A stretch of 64,000 nt of DNA. It comes from Acidimicrobiia bacterium (GTDB lineage Bacteria; Acidobacteriota; Vicinamibacteria; Vicinamibacterales; UBA2999). This document shows, one piece after another, positions 31,548-40,141 of this stretch. The notes under the pieces were generated by a model. That model was not told the origin of the DNA and searched no databases. It worked only from the letters and a program-made list of their open reading frames with translations. A program made the translations under genes and the position numbers. The first letter of the stretch is position 1. Each line of letters opens with the position of its first letter. The stretch lies in the NCBI GenBank assembly GCA_016871275.1, contig VFZG01000012.1, positions 4,646-68,645 of the forward strand, written 5' to 3'.

Positions 31548-32048
31548 GTGGCCGCCACCTACTCGTTCGACGTCACCTCGAACATCGAGATGCCCGAGGT
31601 CGACAACGCCGTCAACCAGGCGCGCAAGGAGATCGGCCAGCGTTTCGACTTCAAGGGTTCGATCGCAGCCATCGAGCTCGATCAGAAAGCGGGCACGCTG
31701 ACGCTGACGGCAGAGGACGATTTCAAGCTCGAATCCGTCTGGGACGTCCTGCAGACGCGATTGATCAAACGCAGCGTGCCGGTGAAGAACATGAAGCGCG
31801 GCGACCGGATACCGTCGGCGGGCTCGTCGGTCAAGCAGGTGATCACGCTGCAGCAGGGCATCCCCATCGAGGCGGCCAAGGAGATCGTCAAGCACCTCAA
31901 GGACCTGAAGCTGAAGAAGGTGCAGGCATCCATCCAGGGCGACCAGGTGCGCATCACCTCGCCGTCGAAAGACGACCTGCAGGGCGCCATGCAGGCGCTG
32001 CGCGCTCACGACTTCGGCATCGCCCTCCAGTTTGGGAACTACCGCTAA
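31548..32048 (+). CDS. yajQ: YajQ-family nucleotide (c-di-GMP)-binding protein
   Basis: MAATYSFDVTSNIEMPEVDNAVNQARKEIGQRFDFKGS... 166 aa, typical of UPF0234/YajQ. Confidence 0.9.
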   Translation: MAATYSFDVTSNIEMPEVDNAVNQARKEIGQRFDFKGSIAAIELDQKAGTLTLTAEDDFKLESVWDVLQTRLIKRSVPVKNMKRGDRIPSAGSSVKQVITLQQGIPIEAAKEIVKHLKDLKLKKVQASIQGDQVRITSPSKDDLQGAMQALRAHDFGIALQFGNYR

Positions 32049-32826
32049 CCCTTCTGCGCGAAGACGCTTCGGCGGGCCAGGAGTCTCGCTCGAGCGAGCG
32101 CTCTCGAAACTCGGCCTCGCCAGCCGCGCTCAGGCGAGGGCGCTCGTCCTCGGCGGACGCGTGGCCGTTGGCGGCCATACCGTTTGCGATCCCAGGCTCC
32201 GCGTGGTCCCCGAAAGCGCCCGCATCACCATCGACGGGCACGCCCCGCGCACCGCGAAGCCGCTCTCCATTCTTCTGCACAAACCCCGGGGCTGCGTGAC
32301 GACGCGCTCCGACCCGGAGGGCCGCAAGACCGTGTACGACCTGCTGGGGGACGTGCCCTCACCAGTGGTTCCCGTCGGGCGTCTCGACCTGGCCACCAGT
32401 GGCCTCCTGCTCTTGACCAACGACACGCAGTTCGGCAACTGGTTGACCGATCCCGCCTCGGGCGTGCCGCGCGTATATCTCGTCACCGTCAGCGGCCGGG
32501 TGACGCACGACACCGCTCGATTGCTGGTTGATGGCATCACGGTGGGCCGGACGCGACTGGCCGCCTCGGACGTCACGGTTCGCAAGGCGTCCGGCCGGGA
32601 GAGTCACCTGGTGGTGACGCTGCTTGAAGGCAAGAACCGCGAAGTGCGCCGGCTGTTGGAGGCCGTCGATCATCGCGTGACCAGGCTCAGGCGCGTCCAG
32701 TTCGGCGGGATTGAGCTCGGTCAGCTCGCACCAGGAACGTGGCGCGAGCTCTCGGAGGACGAATTACGAGCGGCGTTTCCGGGCTACTACGCCGCGCCCA
32801 GCAGACGCGCGCCCATGCCGAAATAG
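32032..32826 (+). CDS. Pseudouridine synthase, RsuA/RluB family
   Basis: S4-like LERALSKLGLASRAQARALV, then the catalytic GRLDLATSGLLLLTND. TTG 32032 is the only in-frame start. Confidence 0.85.
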   Translation: MGTTANPSARRRFGGPGVSLERALSKLGLASRAQARALVLGGRVAVGGHTVCDPRLRVVPESARITIDGHAPRTAKPLSILLHKPRGCVTTRSDPEGRKTVYDLLGDVPSPVVPVGRLDLATSGLLLLTNDTQFGNWLTDPASGVPRVYLVTVSGRVTHDTARLLVDGITVGRTRLAASDVTVRKASGRESHLVVTLLEGKNREVRRLLEAVDHRVTRLRRVQFGGIELGQLAPGTWRELSEDELRAAFPGYYAAPSRRAPMPK

Positions 32827-33203
32827 AACAGCAGCGTCACCACGTCCGCGGCAGCAAGCACCATTGGACCGGCCGCGATTCGCGGATCCGCGTTCGCCAC
32901 GCGCAGCGCCGACGGCACCGCCACTCCCAGCAGGCACGCGATGATCATCGGCGCCGTAATCGCGCGCATGATCGTTCCGACCACATCCATCTGCCCGCGC
33001 CAGGCATACACCACCAGGCCAACAACCACGCCGCATCCGATGCCCAGCAGCGGCGCCGTCCTGAACTCCTTCCGAAGCGACCGCAACATCGTCTTCCAGA
33101 CGATCGGGCCATCGGCCATGCTCTGCAGGGTCAGTGTCAGCGCCTGCATGCTGACGCTTTCGCCCAGCGCCAGCACGATGGGAATGAACAGCGCGAGCCC
33201 CAT
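32787..33203 (-). pseudogene. MgtE magnesium-transporter fragment, C-terminal TM domain only
   Basis: FIPIVLALGESVSMQALTL...PMVLAAADVVTLLFYFG matches the MgtE TM domain. The homologous frame continues upstream (NRLGCEHLLQDA) with no start, up to the stop of the SDR gene. There are no N or CBS domains. Confidence 0.5.
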
Positions 33204-33237
33204 CGCGTCCTGCAGCAGGTGCTCGCATCCGAGCCGG

Positions 33238-34074
33238 TTAAAGGAAGAAGTCGGCCATCAGGTCGGACTCAGCGACACCCAACTGCCGGTAGCGCGAGAA
33301 GTCTGTGACGCCCGCCGACCGCAGCACTTCATCGTCCAGGAAGAAGCGGCCGGTCAACTTGCGCGACGGCTGCGACAGGATCCAGTGCGCTGCGTCCGCC
33401 ATGATCTCCACGCTGCGCGTCTTGAGCCTGGCGTCCTGGCCGGCGATGAGACGGATGGCTTCGGTATCGATCGCGGTGCGCGGCCACAGGGCGTTCACGG
33501 CAATGCCCAGCGGCTTGAACTCCTCCGCCATCCCGAGCGCGCACAGCGACATTCCGTACTTCGCCATCGTGTAGGCCACGTGCGGCGCGAACCACCGCGG
33601 GCTGAGCGTTGAATGCAGCGGCGGCGAGATGTTCAACACGTGCGGGTTGGCCGAGCGCTGCAAGTGCGGCACGCACTTCTGCGTGCAGAGATACGTGCCG
33701 CGGGTGTTGATCTGATGCATCAGGTCGAAACGCTTCATCGGCGTCTCGAGCGTGCCCGTAAGGCTGATCGCCGAGGCGTTGTTGACGAGGATGTCGATGC
33801 CGCCGAACCGATCGACCGCCGCGGCCACCGCCGCATCGACCTGCGCCTCATCGCGGATGTCGGTGGCTACCGCCAGGGCTGTGCCGCCGGCACGCTCGAA
33901 ATCGGCAGCCGCGGTGTGAATCGTGCCGGGCAGCTTCGGGTGCGGTTCGGTCGTCTTCGATGCGACGACGATATTGGCGCCATCGGCAGCGGCGCGCATT
34001 GCAATCGCGTGGCCAATGCCGCGGGATGCACCGGTGATGAACAGCGTCTTGTTCTTCAGCATGTGGTCATCCAC
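33238..34074 (-). CDS. SDR-family NAD(P)-dependent oxidoreductase
   Basis: KTLFITGASRGIGHAIA (TGxxxGxG), NNAS, and a YxxxK-type motif YTMAK. Confidence 0.9.
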   Translation of the reverse strand: MDDHMLKNKTLFITGASRGIGHAIAMRAAADGANIVVASKTTEPHPKLPGTIHTAAADFERAGGTALAVATDIRDEAQVDAAVAAAVDRFGGIDILVNNASAISLTGTLETPMKRFDLMHQINTRGTYLCTQKCVPHLQRSANPHVLNISPPLHSTLSPRWFAPHVAYTMAKYGMSLCALGMAEEFKPLGIAVNALWPRTAIDTEAIRLIAGQDARLKTRSVEIMADAAHWILSQPSRKLTGRFFLDDEVLRSAGVTDFSRYRQLGVAESDLMADFFL

Positions 34075-34158
34075 AGATTACACACATTTCACCGATGCGC
34101 GAGTCCTGTGAGAGGCGGCAGGCCCTCCGGGCCTGGCAATGAGGCGCATCGTGTCGGG

Positions 34159-34190
34159 GGTGATCGGTGTCATCGGTGTCATCGGTGGAC
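34159..34190. repeat. Tandem 9-mers GGTGTCATC (about 3.5 units)
   Basis: ggtgatc ggtgtcatc ggtgtcatc ggtggac, in the divergent spacer just upstream of TATACT (34195-34200). Confidence 0.6.
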
Positions 34191-34206
34191 GCAATATACT
34201 GCGCGC

Positions 34207-35457
34207 ATGGCCGCTCAGGATGTTGTCGCCAACCTCCGCGCACTTGCCAGGCTCACGTCAACCGCCGATGGCGCACAGCGGCTGGCGTGGGGTCCCGTGT
34301 GGCGGCAGGCGCGCCAGTGGTTCAACGGCAAGCTCGCCGAGATCGGCATCACACCCGAAATCGACGCCGCCGGCAACAGCTGGGCAACGCTCGAGGGCGC
34401 GTCGGACAAGACCGTCATCATCGGCAGCCACCTCGACTCGGTGCCTAACGGCGGCTGGCTCGACGGCGCGCTCGGCGTCATGGCGGGCCTTGAAGCGCTG
34501 CACATGTTCAAGGGGCAGCAGCCGCCGGTCACGCTGAAGGTCGTGGACTGGGCGGACGAGGAAGGCGCGCGATTCGGCCGCAGCCTGCTGGGCTCCTCGG
34601 CGGCCGCCGGCAGCTTGCGGATCTCCGAGGTCGAGCACCTGGTGGACCAGACCGGCGTCAGGCTGGTGGACGCGCTCCGCGAGAACGGCGTGGAACTGTC
34701 GCGGATTCACGAATCGCAGAACTACCTGCGCGCTGTTGATGGCAAGGCGTACCTCGAGCTGCACATCGAGCAGGGGCCGGTCCTCGAATCAATGAACAAA
34801 CCCACCGGCGTCGTCCTTGGCACCTTCGGCGTCGAGCGGCACCTGCTCAGGTTCGTCGGGCAGGCCGCCCACTCGGGATCGACCCCGATCCCGATGCGAA
34901 AAGACGCATTCCTCGCGGCGGCCGAGAGCGCGCTGGCGTTCCGCGAGATTGCGAAGAGATACACCACGCCGGCTGGCCGCGTGGTCTGCACGGTTGGCAC
35001 CGTCAGGGTTGAGCCGGGCATCGTGACCGCGGTGCCGGGCGCCTGCGAGATTTCGCTCGATCAGCGAGCGCTCGACAAGGACGTGCTCGCCATGATGCTC
35101 GCCGACGCGCGCGCCGCCGCCTGGACGGCCGCCGTCAGCAACAACGTCAGCGTGGAATGGAAACGCATCTGGCAGATCGAGCCGCGGCCGTTCGCGCCCG
35201 CATTGATCGCACTCTGTGATGAAGCCGTGCGGGAGGTGACCGGGGACGCGCCTCACCTGCCATCAGGGCCGCTGCACGATGCGGCCGAGATGGTGCCGTT
35301 CATGCCAACGGTCATGATGTTCGCGTATTCGTCGAACGGGTTATCGCACTGCAAGGAAGAAGATACGCCGGAGGCGTATCTTCTCGAGACGATTGAGGCG
35401 TTCCTGCTGCTGGTGAGAAAGGTCGTCCTATCGGGAGACGCAGGCTACTCGACGTAG
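34207..35457 (+). CDS. M20-family Zn-dependent amidohydrolase (allantoate amidohydrolase / N-carbamoyl-amino-acid hydrolase type)
   Basis: An internal ATG 34207 of track ORF 33613..35457. The protein has GSHLDSVPNGGWLDGALGV, DEEGARFG and AHSGSTP motifs. Confidence 0.85.
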   Translation: MAAQDVVANLRALARLTSTADGAQRLAWGPVWRQARQWFNGKLAEIGITPEIDAAGNSWATLEGASDKTVIIGSHLDSVPNGGWLDGALGVMAGLEALHMFKGQQPPVTLKVVDWADEEGARFGRSLLGSSAAAGSLRISEVEHLVDQTGVRLVDALRENGVELSRIHESQNYLRAVDGKAYLELHIEQGPVLESMNKPTGVVLGTFGVERHLLRFVGQAAHSGSTPIPMRKDAFLAAAESALAFREIAKRYTTPAGRVVCTVGTVRVEPGIVTAVPGACEISLDQRALDKDVLAMMLADARAAAWTAAVSNNVSVEWKRIWQIEPRPFAPALIALCDEAVREVTGDAPHLPSGPLHDAAEMVPFMPTVMMFAYSSNGLSHCKEEDTPEAYLLETIEAFLLLVRKVVLSGDAGYST

Positions 35458-35774
35458 CTGTAACCGCAGTTCTCGCACACCCACATGCGGCCCTGCTTGT
35501 ACATGTTGTAGGCGCACTGCGGGCAGACCCGGTATTCGCGGCCTTCGGCGTCGATCAGCTTTTTCTCTTCCTGCTTGCCGCTCTCGCCGTCCGCGAACGG
35601 ATCCTTCGGTTCCTTTTCCTTTTCCTTCTTCTTCTCTTCGTCTTCGGGTTTTGGAGGGGGCTGCTGCTGCGCCGACGCCGGCAGCACCGCCACGCCGATG
35701 GCGGCGGCGAACATCGCGGATCCCCTGAGGAAGCTGCGACGATCGAGGCTCGAGCCCTGCAACTTATCGAACAT
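35445..35774 (-). CDS. Small Tat-signal protein with C-terminal 4-Cys zinc-ribbon
   Basis: An internal ATG (35772-35774, GGGAGA SD) gives MFDKLQGSSLDRRSFLRGSAMFAAAIGVAVLPASA. This is followed by a K/E/P-rich linker and CPQC...x14...CENC. Confidence 0.6.
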   Translation of the reverse strand: MFDKLQGSSLDRRSFLRGSAMFAAAIGVAVLPASAQQQPPPKPEDEEKKKEKEKEPKDPFADGESGKQEEKKLIDAEGREYRVCPQCAYNMYKQGRMWVCENCGYSYVE

Positions 35775-35978
35775 GGATGCGATCTCCCTGAATGAACGCG
35801 CCTGCTCTTGATTATACCGACACCGGACAAAAACCCGGGTGGGGACACAGCGGCTCACTGTCCACGCCCCACCCGGTACTTCCCCTCTGTCGTTGTGAGC
35901 ACAGGATACGAAATCACTTGCGAAAGTGTTGTAATTGTTTGTCTACACAGCTACTTAGCGTCATCCGGGCCGTCATCT

Positions 35979-36069
35979 GGGGGGCTGGCCCCAAATGTAA
36001 CATCTCAGCGGTTCTTGCCACTTGTACTGGTTTTTTGCGACCAGGTGCAGCATTTGGGGCCAGCCCCCC
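35979..36069. repeat. Inverted pair of the GGGGCCAGCCCC-core repeat (19-bp arms, 53-bp spacer)
   Basis: GGGGGGCTGGCCCCAAATG (35979-35997) is the exact reverse complement of CATTTGGGGCCAGCCCCCC (36051-36069). It lies 5 nt downstream of the sdhB stop. Confidence 0.75.
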
Positions 36070-36073
36070 GAAG

Positions 36074-36817
36074 TTAGCCGGTGATCATCCGCAGGAGCTT
36101 CGTTACCGGATCGTAGTAGCGATCGACGACCCGCTCCTTCAGCGGAATGATCGCGTTGTCGGTGATATGGATGTGCTCGGGGCACACCTTCGTGCAGCAC
36201 TTGGTGATGTTGCAGTAGCCGATGTTGTTCTTATGCTTCAGATCCGCGAGGCGGTCGTCGGTGTCGAGCGGATGCATCTCGAGCTGGGCGGAATAGAGCA
36301 AGAACCGCGGCCCGATGAACTCCTCGTGCTTGCCATGATCGCGCAGCACGTGACACACGTCCTGACACAGGAAGCACTCGATGCACTTGCGGAATTCCTG
36401 CACGCGATCGACGTCGCGTTGTGCCATGCGCCAGGTGCCGTGCTCTTCCGGGCGGACGGCGCGCGGCTTGAACTTCTTCAGCCCCTTCTTGACCCGGAAG
36501 TTCCAGGACACGTCGGTGACCAGGTCCTTGATGATCGGGAAGGCGCGCATGGGCTCGACGGTCACCGGCTGGGTGAGATCGAGCGAGTTCAACCGGGTCA
36601 TGCACATCAGCTTCGGCTGGCCGTTGATTTCCGCCGAGCACGAGCCGCACTTGCCGGCCTTGCAGTTCCAGCGGCACGCCAGGTCAGGCGACTGCTCCGC
36701 CTGGATCTTGTGCACCGCATCGAGCACCACCATGCCTTCGGAAATCTCGGTGGTGTAGCTCTCAAGCGCGCCGGCGCCGCCGGGCTCGCTTCGCCAGATC
36801 TGAAACGTCGCCTTCAC
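36074..36817 (-). CDS. sdhB: Succinate dehydrogenase/fumarate reductase iron-sulfur subunit
   Basis: CRWNCKAGKCGSC (2Fe-2S), CIECFLCQDVC and CTKVCP cluster motifs. 247 aa. Confidence 0.9.
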   Translation of the reverse strand: MKATFQIWRSEPGGAGALESYTTEISEGMVVLDAVHKIQAEQSPDLACRWNCKAGKCGSCSAEINGQPKLMCMTRLNSLDLTQPVTVEPMRAFPIIKDLVTDVSWNFRVKKGLKKFKPRAVRPEEHGTWRMAQRDVDRVQEFRKCIECFLCQDVCHVLRDHGKHEEFIGPRFLLYSAQLEMHPLDTDDRLADLKHKNNIGYCNITKCCTKVCPEHIHITDNAIIPLKERVVDRYYDPVTKLLRMITG

Positions 36818-38631
36818 TGTTTCTGCTCCTCGATGATCAGCTTCAGTTCAGGCGGAATCGGCGGCAGCGGGATGCGGTACGTGGTCATCGTCCCGTCTGC
36901 CTGCCGCTTGGTGCCGAAGTTGACGGTCGCAAACTCGTCCTTCTTGTCCGGGTAGTCCTCGCGGAAATGACCGCCGCGGCTCTCCCTGCGTTCGATCGCA
37001 CAGCGCGCAATCGCCTCGGAGACATCGAGCAGGTTCCGAAGATCGATACACGTATGCCAGCCGGCGTTGTATTCGCGGTGGCCGTCGATGCCCACCTTCG
37101 CGGCGCGCTCGTTGAAACCGGCGATCTTGAGCAGCGCTTCCTGCATTTCACTTTCGGTGCGGACAATGCCGACCAGCGCCTGCATGGTGTCCTGCAGGTC
37201 GTATTGTACCTTGTAGGGGTTCTCGCCGGCAGCACCGCGATCGAACGGCTCGAGCGACTTCTTCATCGCGCGATCCACCGCGCCGTCATCCAGCCTGGTG
37301 ACACGGTTCTTCTTCGCGAACTCCGCAGCGTATTCGCCGGCGCGCTTGCCGAAGACAATCAGATCCGACAGCGAGTTGCCGCCAAGGCGATTGGCGCCGT
37401 TGATGCCGGCCGCGCACTCACCCGCCGCGAACAGGCCGGGAATGGTGGACTCCTGCGAGTCGGCGTTCACGCGAATGCCGCCCATGATGTAGTGCGTCGT
37501 CGGGCCGACTTCCATCGCCTCCCTGGTGATGTCGAGGTCGGCGAGCTCCTTGAACTGGTGATACATACTTGGGAGCTTTCGCTTGATATGCCCTTCGGCG
37601 TCGCTGATCTTTTCTTTGATCCACGCGATGTCGAGGAACACGCCGCCGTGCGGTGAACCGCGGCCGGCTTTCACTTCACGGTTGATGCAGCGCGACACGT
37701 GATCGCGCGTCAGGAGCTCAGGTGGCCGGCGCGCGCTCTTGTCGCCCTGGGTATACCGCCAGCCCTCTTCCGGATCGGACGCGGTCTGCGGTTTGTAGTT
37801 GTCGGGAATGTCGTCGAACATGAAGCGTCGGCCTTCGCTGTTGCGCAGCACACCGCCTTCGCCACGGACGCCCTCGGTGACGAGAATGCCCTTCACGCTC
37901 GGCGGCCAGACCATCCCGGTGGGATGGAACTGGATGAACTCCATGTCGATCAATTCAGCGCCAGCACGATACGCCAGCGCGTGGCCGTCGCCGGTGCCTT
38001 CCCAGCTGTTGCTGGTGACCTTGTAGGCGCGGCCCACGCCGCCGGTGGCGAGCACGATCGCCTTGGCGGTGAACACGTGAAAGCGAGCCCGCTCGCGATC
38101 GTAGGCGAGCACGCCTGCGGCCCTGCCGCCGTCGAGGATCAGGTCGATGACCGTGTACTCCATGTGCACGGTCACACCCAGGTAAATGGTGTGGTCCTGC
38201 AGCGTGCGAATCAGCTCCAGGCCGGTGCGGTCGCCGACGTGCGCCAGGCGCGGGTAGCGATGACCGCCGAAGTTACGCTGGTTGATGCGGCCGTCCGGCG
38301 TGCGATCGAACACCGCGCCCCAGGCTTCGAGCTCGCGGACGCGATCCGGCGCCTCCTTGGCGTGAATCTCGGCCATGCGCCAGTTGTTCACGTACTGGCC
38401 GCCACGCATGGTGTCGGCGAAGTGGACCTTCCAGCTGTCGCGATCGTCGTTGTGCGCCATGGCCGCGGCGATGCCGCCTTCCGCCATCACGGTGTGCGCC
38501 TTGCCGAGCAGCGATTTGCAAATCAGCCCGACCGACACACCCGCGCCGGCCGCCTCAATGGCGGCGCGCAGGCCGGCGCCGCCGGCGCCGATGATCAGGA
38601 CGTCGTACGAATAGGTGGCGTGCGCGGCCAT
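36814..38631 (-). CDS. sdhA: Succinate dehydrogenase/fumarate reductase flavoprotein subunit
   Basis: An internal ATG (38629-38631) gives MAAHATYSYDVLIIGAGGAGLRAAIEA... with SHTVMAEGG-like and RGEGG motifs. 605 aa. Confidence 0.95.
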   Translation of the reverse strand: MAAHATYSYDVLIIGAGGAGLRAAIEAAGAGVSVGLICKSLLGKAHTVMAEGGIAAAMAHNDDRDSWKVHFADTMRGGQYVNNWRMAEIHAKEAPDRVRELEAWGAVFDRTPDGRINQRNFGGHRYPRLAHVGDRTGLELIRTLQDHTIYLGVTVHMEYTVIDLILDGGRAAGVLAYDRERARFHVFTAKAIVLATGGVGRAYKVTSNSWEGTGDGHALAYRAGAELIDMEFIQFHPTGMVWPPSVKGILVTEGVRGEGGVLRNSEGRRFMFDDIPDNYKPQTASDPEEGWRYTQGDKSARRPPELLTRDHVSRCINREVKAGRGSPHGGVFLDIAWIKEKISDAEGHIKRKLPSMYHQFKELADLDITREAMEVGPTTHYIMGGIRVNADSQESTIPGLFAAGECAAGINGANRLGGNSLSDLIVFGKRAGEYAAEFAKKNRVTRLDDGAVDRAMKKSLEPFDRGAAGENPYKVQYDLQDTMQALVGIVRTESEMQEALLKIAGFNERAAKVGIDGHREYNAGWHTCIDLRNLLDVSEAIARCAIERRESRGGHFREDYPDKKDEFATVNFGTKRQADGTMTTYRIPLPPIPPELKLIIEEQKQ

Positions 38632-39434
38632 TAGAGGAGCCTCGGATCCGAGATGATCCCCATCGAGCAGAGCCGGATGTAGATGTCCGTCGCCATCACC
38701 GAGGTGAGGCTCGCCCACGCAAACAGCTGGTGGCGTCCGTTGAAGCTGCTGGTGCACGAGTAGCACGCGTCGGCCACCGGCGACTTCGAGACTTCATCCT
38801 GGCGCCCGCCCACGATGTGGCGCAGCGAGTGACACCCGAGCGCATAGCCGGCAAGCAGCACCACATTGGCCAGCATGATCAGCGTGCCGAGGCCAATGCC
38901 GAACTCCTTCTCGCCCGCCACGCCGGTGTCCCACCACATGGCGAGCCACACGTCGTACGCGAGCAGGAAGATGAAGACCAGCGCCGCGTAGAGGAAGTAG
39001 CGGTGGATGTTCTGGATGATCAGCGGGAACGAGTTCTCGCCACGATAGCTCTTGCGCGGCTCGCCGACGGCGCACGACACGGGGTCGGCCCAGAAGGACT
39101 TGTAGTAGGCGCCGCGATAGTAGTAGCAGGTGAACCGGAACCCCGCCGGGAACGGCAAGATCAGCAGGGCCGGTGAAAACGGAATGAACGACGGCCAGAA
39201 CGGCGGGTATTCACCGAACCAGGCGTGGGGAGAGCTGCCCCACAACTCCGGCGAGTAGAACGGCGAAAGGTACGGACCGAACGTGTAATGCTCGCCTTGG
39301 AACATCGCCCAGTTGACGTAGACGAGAAACACGAGCAAACCAAAGAACACACCGAGGGGTGCCGCCCACCAGTTGTCGCGACGGGACGTGGTCCCGAAGC
39401 CCCTGTGGACGGCCTGTACCGGTATCACCTGCAT
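38631..39434 (-). CDS. sdhC: Succinate dehydrogenase membrane-anchor subunit (single large anchor)
   Basis: 267-aa polytopic protein encoded immediately upstream of sdhA, with a 1-nt overlap (TAATG). The assignment is mostly by position. Confidence 0.7.
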   Translation of the reverse strand: MQVIPVQAVHRGFGTTSRRDNWWAAPLGVFFGLLVFLVYVNWAMFQGEHYTFGPYLSPFYSPELWGSSPHAWFGEYPPFWPSFIPFSPALLILPFPAGFRFTCYYYRGAYYKSFWADPVSCAVGEPRKSYRGENSFPLIIQNIHRYFLYAALVFIFLLAYDVWLAMWWDTGVAGEKEFGIGLGTLIMLANVVLLAGYALGCHSLRHIVGGRQDEVSKSPVADACYSCTSSFNGRHQLFAWASLTSVMATDIYIRLCSMGIISDPRLL

Positions 39435-39622
39435 GAAGGCCGCCTCCGAATGAATACGATGACAATAGAATTTTACTACACGCTCGTGCCGCGCGGTGGA
39501 GGCTGCTGTGCGGGCGTCTTGATTGCCATCGACAACGCACCTTCGGGACGCCGCTCAACTTGCTCGACGAATCTACTCGAGTCAACACTCGCCGTGTGAG
39601 TAGCGCTTGACGATGTCCCTGG

Positions 39623-40012
39623 TTATGACGTAGCCGTCGTCTGGATGGTGATGTCGCCGACCAGGCTCTTGTGGACCGGGCACTTATCGGCGATGTCGAG
39701 CAGGCGGCGACGTTGATCGGCATCGAGGTCACCATCAAGGACGACCTTGCGCGTGATCACCAGGCCAGCCGGGCCGGTCTCGCCGTGCAGCGCAATCCTG
39801 ACGTCCTTCAGCGGCCAGCCCTTCCGCTCGGCATAGACCTTGAGCGTCATCGCAGTGCAGGACCCCAGGGCCGCCAGCAGCAACTCATGCGGCGCAGCAC
39901 CGGTATCCTCCCCGCCTAGGTCGCGTTGCTCATCGGCACGGAACCGGTGCCCGGCCACTTGCACGTCCTGGGCGAACGGGCCGCCCGCCCAACCAACCGT
40001 GACTTCACGCAT
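39623..40012 (-). CDS. osmC: OsmC/Ohr-family peroxiredoxin-like protein
   Basis: PHELLLAALGSCTAMTL...ADKCPVHK, the two conserved Cys contexts of the OsmC family. Confidence 0.9.
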   Translation of the reverse strand: MREVTVGWAGGPFAQDVQVAGHRFRADEQRDLGGEDTGAAPHELLLAALGSCTAMTLKVYAERKGWPLKDVRIALHGETGPAGLVITRKVVLDGDLDADQRRRLLDIADKCPVHKSLVGDITIQTTATS

Positions 40013-40085
40013 GCTGCGATGATAGCTGGAACATGCCCCTGCGGCTGCGTCCTTTTGATCGGCGTTGCAGTCGGAATAGCGTTGG

Positions 40086-40128
40086 GACGATCGTTCGACG
40101 GGCGCTCGACGATCGTTCGACGGGCGCT
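40086..40128. promoter_or_regulatory. Two tandem copies of GACGATCGTTCGACGGGCGCT (22-bp spacing), each with the palindrome ACGATCGT
   Basis: Exact copies at 40086-40106 and 40108-40128, in the osmC/glbO divergent spacer, ending 13 nt before the glbO ATG. Confidence 0.4.
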
Positions 40129-40141
40129 ATGATGAGAAGCA

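Noticed and set aside
35581-35650. Pyrimidine-rich low-complexity tract (ccttttccttttccttcttcttctcttc).
   Set aside because: It is the coding strand complement of the K/E-rich linker (EEKKKEKEKE) of the Tat-signal mini-protein, not an independent element.
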